A program made the translations under genes and the position numbers. 64,000 nucleotides of DNA from positions 1 to 64,000 of the forward strand of contig DASCPX010000014.1 of NCBI GenBank assembly GCA_036012755.1. The letters run 5' to 3'. Source of the stretch: Myxococcota bacterium. GTDB taxonomy: Bacteria > Myxococcota_A > UBA796 > CAJQPC01. The notes below the pieces were generated by a model. It was given only the letters and a program-made list of their open reading frames with translations. It had not been told where the DNA came from and did no database searches. Below are positions 57,564 through 64,000 of this stretch, one piece after another. Each line of letters opens with the position of its first letter. Positions within the stretch are counted from its first letter, which is position 1.

Positions 57564-59341
57564 TCCACCTCCTGACGGTGCTCCTCGCGATGGTCGTGGT
57601 CCTTGTCGACGGCAGCCCTGTCACCAAGGCGCTGTTCGTCCTGCCAGCGGTCCTCTGGGCGCCCGGGGTCGGCTTCGCGCGGCGCCTCAGCCAGAGCGCC
57701 TCGAAGCTCCAGCTCCACCTGGACGCTGCCTGGATCAGCATCGTCCTCGCCATCCCCACCCTCCTCATGCTGCGCGCGACAGGCGGCGGCGTGGCGGTCC
57801 TGCTCGGTGTGAGCGCAATCTGGGCCGTGCTCGGCACCGCCTGGGGCTGGCCGCACCGGCGCTCGGAGTCCACGCGCCTGCGCGTCCGCTTCGGCGTCCT
57901 CGCCTCCGTCCTGATGATCGTCATCTGGGCGATGAGCGCCAGGAGCCAGCTGCTGCGCCCGCTGGAGATGTGGTGGCACGCCGAGGGCCTCGAGACGCTC
58001 GCCGAGGACGCGGTGCCCCTCCACTCCGGACCGGGCTGGACCGGCGCCACGGTGATCGGGTGGGAGGAGCTGGGGACCTTGCGCTTCGAAGACGCCGACG
58101 GCCACGGCGGCTCCCTCGTGATCGAGGAGCCCGGCACCATCGCGGTCGCCGTCCGAGGGGATGTCGGCGACATGATGACCATCGGCGGGGACTCCTGGAC
58201 CATCGAGTCCGACCCGACCGTGAACGTGAACGAGGGCCCGGTCCCTCGCTACCTCGACCGCGGCGTCGTGGGGACCGTGTTGGAGGTCGACGCCGGAGAG
58301 CTGGAGATCAAGCTGTCCGGTCGAGGAAACCAGCTCTACGTCATGCCGAGCGTGCACTCCCCGTGGGAGCTCGACGGCGAAGACGAGCTCAAGCTGGTCC
58401 ACTACTACCAGCTGCTCAACATCGTGGAGAACCAGCGCTGGTCGAACGAGATCCTCGCCAGCGAACGCAACATCACGGTCAACCAGCCCCCGCTGTGGAG
58501 CTGGGTCCTGGCCGTCGCGGTGGTGGGTGTGGACAGCGACGTCATTGGAGCGAACCTGCTGTTGTTGTGGGTGCTGGTGCTGCTGGCCGGCACTGGAGTT
58601 CGCCTCCTCGAGCTGGTCGCTCCCAACGCCCCGATCGTCGCGTGGCTGCTCCCGGGGGCGGCCGCCATCGCCCACGGCAAGCTGATGCTGGACCCCGGCT
58701 CCGCGAACTTCCCGGACTCGCTCTACGCGGTCGCCTTCGTGAGTGGCCTCGTAGCGCTCAAGCAGCCGGGGCACTGGCGCTTCGCCGCGATCGCGCTGTT
58801 GGCTGGGCTGTTGCGCTACCCCGGCACCATCGCGCTGAGCATCGCCGCCTGCCTGCTGTGGATGGTCTACCGAGAGCGCGTACTCAAACGCCTCCTGGTG
58901 CTGTGGGGCCTGGTAGCAGCAGTCGCCGCGACCCTGGCTGGCCTGGCGATTGCGCTCGGGGTCTTCGACGAGTGGCTCGACATCTTGTGGTTCGAGACCG
59001 TCCCGGAGCACTTCGACAACAACCAGGAAGCCGACCCCATCTTCGAGCGCCCGCCGGTCTTCTACTGGACCTGGCTGCGCTACACGGGCTTTGGCCTGGT
59101 GCTCGCCTTGCCGGGCCTGTCCCGAGGGGCGCGCTGGGTGCTGGGCTCCGCGCTGGTCTATTCCCTGTTCCTCTGCACGATCGATCACTTCAGCTCCCAC
59201 TACTTCCTGCCGCTGCTGGCCCTGGGCGCGGTCGCCGTGGGCGCCAACGCCGCCCCGATCAAGGGCCCGATCATCCGCACGGTCGTGCCGCTCCTGGCCA
59301 TCGCCGGCTTCGTCGGCTTCGTGATCCTGGGGCACGCGTGA
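57560..59341 (+). CDS. Polytopic membrane protein, GT-C-like
   Basis: More than 12 TM helices, periplasmic loop, NQPPLW; GTGA coupling. Confidence 0.65.
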   Translation: MIHLLTVLLAMVVVLVDGSPVTKALFVLPAVLWAPGVGFARRLSQSASKLQLHLDAAWISIVLAIPTLLMLRATGGGVAVLLGVSAIWAVLGTAWGWPHRRSESTRLRVRFGVLASVLMIVIWAMSARSQLLRPLEMWWHAEGLETLAEDAVPLHSGPGWTGATVIGWEELGTLRFEDADGHGGSLVIEEPGTIAVAVRGDVGDMMTIGGDSWTIESDPTVNVNEGPVPRYLDRGVVGTVLEVDAGELEIKLSGRGNQLYVMPSVHSPWELDGEDELKLVHYYQLLNIVENQRWSNEILASERNITVNQPPLWSWVLAVAVVGVDSDVIGANLLLLWVLVLLAGTGVRLLELVAPNAPIVAWLLPGAAAIAHGKLMLDPGSANFPDSLYAVAFVSGLVALKQPGHWRFAAIALLAGLLRYPGTIALSIAACLLWMVYRERVLKRLLVLWGLVAAVAATLAGLAIALGVFDEWLDILWFETVPEHFDNNQEADPIFERPPVFYWTWLRYTGFGLVLALPGLSRGARWVLGSALVYSLFLCTIDHFSSHYFLPLLALGAVAVGANAAPIKGPIIRTVVPLLAIAGFVGFVILGHA

Positions 59342-60708
59342 GGACAGCTCTCGCGGCCGCGCTGGTCGCGATGTTCCTGGCGCTGAACATCGCCTGGCTC
59401 GGCCAGGACCGACTCGTCAGGGACGGGGACGAGGAGGGCCACGTCGGCGCGGCCGAGATGTTCGTCCAGGACCTGCGGGAGGGGAACCTGCACCACTTCG
59501 TGCAGCGCAGCGTCTACGAGGACATGGGCGACTACCCCTCGCTCTACCCGGCAGCCGTCGGAGCGTGGTGGCACCTCAGCGGTCGAGGCCAGCCCGGGGA
59601 CGCTCCGGTCCGCGCCGTGAACCTCTTCTTCCTCCTGGTCTGCGCGGCCGCGGTGGCAGGCACCGCCGCACTCCTCGGCGCACGGGAGGGGGCGCTGGTG
59701 GGAGGCGCGGCCGTCCTCTTCCTGCCGCTGTCAGCGGGCCTGTCGCGACACTTCATGCCGGAGGGAGCGCTGGCGGCGGCCGTCGCGCTGGCGATCCTCG
59801 CCGCCGCCTGGCAGAGACGTCGCCCTGGCTGGGGCTCCGCGCTCTTGCTGGGCGTGGCGCTCGGGGTGGGCTTCCTCACGAAGCAGACCGTCCTGCTCTA
59901 CGCGGTCGTGCCCGTGCTGGTGCTGATCCGCCCTCATCGAAGCCTGGTCGCCCTCCCGGTCGGAGCCCTCGTCGCCCTGCCGTGGGCGCTGAACAACCTG
60001 GGCGAGCAGCTCGACTACGCGTCCCAGAGCGCGGGCTATCCGGGAGCCCTGAGCGACCACGTCCTCTACTACCCCCAAGCGCTCTGGCAGCCCGCGCTGG
60101 GTCCGGTGTGGCTCCTGCTGCTGGCAGCGGCGCTGGTCGCCGCGGGCAAGCCCCGAGGCCGCGCTCCCGTGATCGTCGGCCTCGCCTGGCTGGTAGGCGG
60201 TGTCGTCCTGTTGACCTTCGTCCCGAAGAAGTACGACCGCCTCCTGGTGCCACTGCTGCCCGCCGCCGGCCTGATCCTCGCCGCCGGTGTCCAGGCCCGC
60301 CCTCGCTGGGCTCCGGTCGTGCTCGCCGGGGTCGGCTGGACCGCGTGGGTGAGCTTCGCCGAGCTGTCCCTGTCCGGCCCGAACCCCCGCGCGCAGGCCT
60401 TCCACCCGGGCTGCGTCCAGGTGTGGCTGCGTCCCCCGGTGGACGCGGACCTTGGCTACGAAGCCGTCGCGGACTTCGCGCGGGGGGCGAGCCCGGGGCC
60501 GGTCCGGGTGATCGACGCCCCCGAGATCGACTGCAGCGTGCAGACCACCCACGGCTGGGCCTACCACCTGGGCCCCTACCTGCGGCGCGAGGGCCTCGAC
60601 CGCGAGGTCGTGGAGGAGGGACGCGGCATGGTCACCGTCGACTTCTCCGGAGGCCCCGGTGAGCCAGTGGAGATCCCGCTGCTGCAGAGCAGGTTCACCC
60701 TGCGGTGA
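59338..60708 (+). CDS. GT-C glycosyltransferase (family 39/83, ArnT-like)
   Basis: DGDEEGH, YPSLYP, FMPE, GFLTKQT, KKYDRLLVP; GTGA coupling. Confidence 0.8.
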   Translation: MRTALAAALVAMFLALNIAWLGQDRLVRDGDEEGHVGAAEMFVQDLREGNLHHFVQRSVYEDMGDYPSLYPAAVGAWWHLSGRGQPGDAPVRAVNLFFLLVCAAAVAGTAALLGAREGALVGGAAVLFLPLSAGLSRHFMPEGALAAAVALAILAAAWQRRRPGWGSALLLGVALGVGFLTKQTVLLYAVVPVLVLIRPHRSLVALPVGALVALPWALNNLGEQLDYASQSAGYPGALSDHVLYYPQALWQPALGPVWLLLLAAALVAAGKPRGRAPVIVGLAWLVGGVVLLTFVPKKYDRLLVPLLPAAGLILAAGVQARPRWAPVVLAGVGWTAWVSFAELSLSGPNPRAQAFHPGCVQVWLRPPVDADLGYEAVADFARGASPGPVRVIDAPEIDCSVQTTHGWAYHLGPYLRREGLDREVVEEGRGMVTVDFSGGPGEPVEIPLLQSRFTLR

Positions 60709-61637
60709 AGGTCAGCTGGCTTCTTCCAGTCCGGGACGACCCCCGTCTCGCAGAAGCGCTGGCCTCGATCGAGCTGGAGCCCGGGGACGAGGTCGTCGTG
60801 GTCGATGACGGCAGCCTGGTGCCGGTGCCCGGCGCCATCCGACAGCCCGCGAGTGGACTCGTCGCAGCGCTGGAGCGGGGTCGCGCCCGGTGCCGCAACC
60901 CGCTGATCGCCAGGCTCGACGCCGACGACCTTGCCCTGCCCGGCCGGATCGGGGCCCAGCGGCGTTTCCTGCGCGACCACCCGGAGGTCGCCGCGGTCGG
61001 AGGACGGGCACGCATCGAGTCGGCGACCCCCGGGATGCAGGCCTACGTCGACTGGGTCAACACCTGCGACGTGAACAGCGAGATCGGCGTGGAGAGCCCC
61101 CTGTTCCACCCCGCCGTGACCTTCCGCGCCGAGGCCGTCGAGGCCGTCGGCGGCTACCGCGCGTTGCTCGCCGGAGAGCCCATCCCAGAGGACTACGACC
61201 TCTGGCTTCGCCTGCACGCAGCGGGATGGAGGCTCGGTCGGGTCGAGGAGGAGGTCCTGCTGATCCGCGATCACCCGGAGCGCCTGACGCGCACCCACCC
61301 CGCCTACACGCGCGCGGCCTTCCAGCTCACACGCCAGGCCCACTTCGGAGCCCTGCTGAGGGGCCGCAGGGTCGCCGTCTATGGGGCTGGAAAGCGAGGC
61401 CGTGCCTGGCTGCGCCTGCTGGAGGAGGTCGAGGCGGAGCTGGTGGGACTGGTCGATGTCAAGCCCGGAGGTACCCGCCGTGGCCACTCGATCCGACCGA
61501 TCGAGGCCCTGGGCGAGCTGGACTTCGATGTCCTGCTCGTGGCGATTCCGCGCAGGGCGCTCGCCGAGTCTCGGGCGGCGATCCACCGTCTCCGCGGCGA
61601 TCTCGTGGAGGGAACGGACTGGTGGGCCGTGGGCTGA
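60705..61637 (+). CDS. Glycosyltransferase family 2
   Basis: VSWLLPV, VDDGS, ARLDADD, EDYDLWLR; C-terminal YGAGKRG Rossmann-like tail. Confidence 0.92.
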   Translation: MKVSWLLPVRDDPRLAEALASIELEPGDEVVVVDDGSLVPVPGAIRQPASGLVAALERGRARCRNPLIARLDADDLALPGRIGAQRRFLRDHPEVAAVGGRARIESATPGMQAYVDWVNTCDVNSEIGVESPLFHPAVTFRAEAVEAVGGYRALLAGEPIPEDYDLWLRLHAAGWRLGRVEEEVLLIRDHPERLTRTHPAYTRAAFQLTRQAHFGALLRGRRVAVYGAGKRGRAWLRLLEEVEAELVGLVDVKPGGTRRGHSIRPIEALGELDFDVLLVAIPRRALAESRAAIHRLRGDLVEGTDWWAVG

Positions 61638-61658
61638 GAGCTGAGGTAGACTCGGCGC

Positions 61659-61853
61659 ATGAGCGACCTCGAAGCCAAGGGCCCGAAGCTCCCAGAGGGA
61701 CAGCGCGGCCTCCTCCGCGAGTTCTGGGAATTCATCGTGCACGAGAAGGCCTGGTGGATGACGCCGATCATCGTCGTCCTCGTCCTGATGGTGGCCTTCA
61801 TCCTGTGGGCCGAAGCCAGCCCGGTGCTGCCCTTCATCTACACGGTCTTCTAG
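61659..61853 (+). CDS. DUF5989 family small membrane protein
   Basis: LREFWEF...KAWWMTPII...PFIYTVF. Confidence 0.85.
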   Translation: MSDLEAKGPKLPEGQRGLLREFWEFIVHEKAWWMTPIIVVLVLMVAFILWAEASPVLPFIYTVF

Positions 61854-61864
61854 TGCTGCCCTTG

Positions 61865-62095
61865 ATGAAGCGCATCTGGCGCGCCTGGAAGGGCGTGGCC
61901 CACAAGATCATCTCGGCTCAGAACTTCGTCCTGATGTCGGGGGTCTACTGGTTCGCCGTGGCCCCGGTGGCCATCTGCATGAAGCTGATTCGGTTCCGGC
62001 TGCTGAGTACGCCGAGCGCCTCTGAAGAGGTGGACTCGTACTGGGAGGACAAGGAAGGGCTGCTGTCGATGGACCGCGCCCAGAAGATGTTCTGA
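61865..62095 (+). CDS. Small SxtJ-like membrane protein
   Basis: W..W...AH.I......LM..VYW..VAP....K.....SYW......QKMF pattern. Confidence 0.65.
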   Translation: MKRIWRAWKGVAHKIISAQNFVLMSGVYWFAVAPVAICMKLIRFRLLSTPSASEEVDSYWEDKEGLLSMDRAQKMF

Positions 62096-62169
62096 GGCGA
62101 GGCCCTCCTACCCGTTGACGAGAGGTGGTGAGCCCCATACCGCCCGGATACGCCCCGTCGTCGCTTGGA

Positions 62170-63531
62170 GTGCTGCTTCTCTTGTATCTGCTGACGCTTC
62201 TGACCACGGCTTCCGCAGCCGAGGTCGAGTTCCATGGTCACTACCGAGCTCGCGGACTCATCTACGACAGCCTGTCGCTGTCCGAGGACAACCCGAACCT
62301 GCTGGGGCGGACGAGCTTCGTCGACCATCGCCTGCGGCTGTCCCCGGCGATCCACGCCTCCAGTCGCGTAGGCGTGTTCGCGCAGATCGACATGCTGCCG
62401 CTGACGGTCTGGGGGGACTCGACGAACACCTGGACCGACCCGGTCACCGGCGACGCGATCGCCATGGCGTACGCGGATGGCGTGGCGCCCTACGGCGACG
62501 CCGCCGACGGGACCTCCTACCTCAGGAACATCCAGCTCACGCGGGCCTACGCGGACGTCTACACCGAGTACGGGCGTGTGCGCTTCGGCCGCATGCCGAT
62601 CGACTGGGGCGCAGGCGTGCTCTTCGATGACGGCAACGACCCCCTCGACGAGTACGGCGACACCGGCGACCGGCTCCAGTTCACGACCCGGGTCGGCCCG
62701 GTCTACGTGATGGGCGCATACGAGCTCATCAACGAGGGACTCCTCGACCGGGACGAGCTCGAGGACGCGATGAACGCCGCGGACCTTGCCGTCGCGTGGC
62801 AGACCGAGACCCTCGGCGTGGGCCTCTACAACCGCCTCCGCTTCCAGGGAAGCCCCCAGTTCCGCGCCTACAACGGCAGCGTCTGGGCGCACGTGGAGAT
62901 GGGCCCCGCGAACGTCGACGCAGAGATCGTCGGCGTCTTCGGTCGCGGTGACCTCGACACCGGCGTCAACGACATCCAGATCATGGCTGCCGGCGGCGTG
63001 ATCGAGGGCAGCATCGACATCGACAAGATCTACGGCGGCCTCCAGTTCGGCCTCGCGACGGGCGACACGGACCCCAACGACAACGTGCTGCGGACCTTCA
63101 CCTTCGACCGCGACTACAACATCGCGCTGATGATGTTCGAGGAGCCGATGCCGGTCCTCGCCCCCGCCGTGATCAACGACGCCAACGGAGGTCGCGACCT
63201 CGACGCGGTGCGGACCGGCGACGGAATCTCCAACGCGCTCTTCCTGCGACCCCACATCGGCTACCACCTTCGCCCGGATCTTTCCGCGGACCTCGCCTAC
63301 ATCGGGGCCCGCGCACTCCAGCTGCCAGAGGACGAGCAAGCGGACCGCGGCTACGGCCAGGAGTTCGACCTGTCGCTGACCTACAGCCCCTTCGAGCACT
63401 TCTCCGCGACGGGCACCGCCGGAGCCTTCCTGCCAGGCCCCTACTACGAGAACTACGAACACGAGACCCTGGGCGGCGACTTCGACGCGCCCTCCTTCGG
63501 GGGACGGCTCGTGCTCACCGCCGAGTTCTGA
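62170..63531 (+). CDS. Outer-membrane beta-barrel protein
   Basis: Signal ending ASA, VEFHGHYRAR, GRMPIDWGAG, alternating beta strands, terminal Phe. Confidence 0.75.
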   Translation: MLLLLYLLTLLTTASAAEVEFHGHYRARGLIYDSLSLSEDNPNLLGRTSFVDHRLRLSPAIHASSRVGVFAQIDMLPLTVWGDSTNTWTDPVTGDAIAMAYADGVAPYGDAADGTSYLRNIQLTRAYADVYTEYGRVRFGRMPIDWGAGVLFDDGNDPLDEYGDTGDRLQFTTRVGPVYVMGAYELINEGLLDRDELEDAMNAADLAVAWQTETLGVGLYNRLRFQGSPQFRAYNGSVWAHVEMGPANVDAEIVGVFGRGDLDTGVNDIQIMAAGGVIEGSIDIDKIYGGLQFGLATGDTDPNDNVLRTFTFDRDYNIALMMFEEPMPVLAPAVINDANGGRDLDAVRTGDGISNALFLRPHIGYHLRPDLSADLAYIGARALQLPEDEQADRGYGQEFDLSLTYSPFEHFSATGTAGAFLPGPYYENYEHETLGGDFDAPSFGGRLVLTAEF

Positions 63532-64000
63532 TGGAGGGCGTCCACACCGCGCTCGTCACGCCCTTTTCGGGCGGGGGCGTGGACCTCGACGCCTACCGAC
63601 ACCTCGCCATCCGTCAGCTCGACAACGGGGTCGATGGCCTCGTCCCCTGCGGCACGACCGGCGAGATGCCCACCCTGACGAGGGCCGAGTGGGCCGCCTG
63701 CATCCGCGCGGCGGTCGAGGTCGCCGACGGCGCCCACGTCACGGCGGGGATCGGCACGAACTGCACCGCGACGAGCGTGGACAACGCACACAGAGCCCTC
63801 GATCTGGGGGCGAGCAAGGGGCTCTTGGTGCTGCCCTACTACAACAAGCCGAGCCCGCGCGGGCACAAGGCACACGTCGCTGCGGTCGCTGCGGTCGGGC
63901 TACCCCTGGTCCTCTACCACGTGCCCGGCCGCACCGGTCAGCGCCTGCCCGTCTCCCTGCTCGCGGAGCTCTGCGAGCTCGACGGCGTGGTCGCAGCGAA
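63531..64000 (+). CDS. dapA: 4-hydroxy-tetrahydrodipicolinate synthase (partial, runs off the window)
   Basis: Manual translation: MEGVHTALVTPF...GLVPCGTTGE...PYYNKP...LYHVPGRTG; TGATG coupling. Confidence 0.93.
   Translation, partial: MEGVHTALVTPFSGGGVDLDAYRHLAIRQLDNGVDGLVPCGTTGEMPTLTRAEWAACIRAAVEVADGAHVTAGIGTNCTATSVDNAHRALDLGASKGLLVLPYYNKPSPRGHKAHVAAVAAVGLPLVLYHVPGRTGQRLPVSLLAELCELDGVVAA

Noticed and set aside
1..64000. CRISPR array, rRNA, tRNA, transposase or integrase
   Set aside because: No regularly spaced direct repeats, no recognisable RNA gene and no recombinase motifs seen by eye; not confirmed with tools

Overview
A GC-rich, densely coding bacterial window with about 60 plausible genes. 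It is most likely from Myxococcota, based on four MYXO-CTERM-type C-termini, Cys/Asp-rich putative metal-binding repeats and FG-GAP lipoproteins. Content: secreted and lipid-anchored surface proteins, sulfatase/alkaline-phosphatase-superfamily enzymes, an MBOAT, CDP-sugar and glycosyltransferase genes split over two loci, a two-component system, a GGDEF cyclase, a cyclophilin and the start of dapA. I saw no rRNA, tRNA, CRISPR array or transposase. Best candidate for an undescribed system: a tightly linked KAP-family P-loop NTPase plus an effector-less NACHT NTPase (48.5-51.9 kb), next to a pseudokinase and a site-2 protease. Other window-wide signals: (i) at least 12 genes have a TANNNT box exactly 6-7 nt before the start codon, suggesting leaderless mRNAs; (ii) many signal peptides are ultra-short and lack a basic n-region; (iii) many gene remnants and in-frame chimeras look like deletion scars, three of them near long palindromes; (iv) five frame-disrupting lesions cluster at 41.7-43.5 kb. 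All family calls come from motif recognition by eye, not from database searches.
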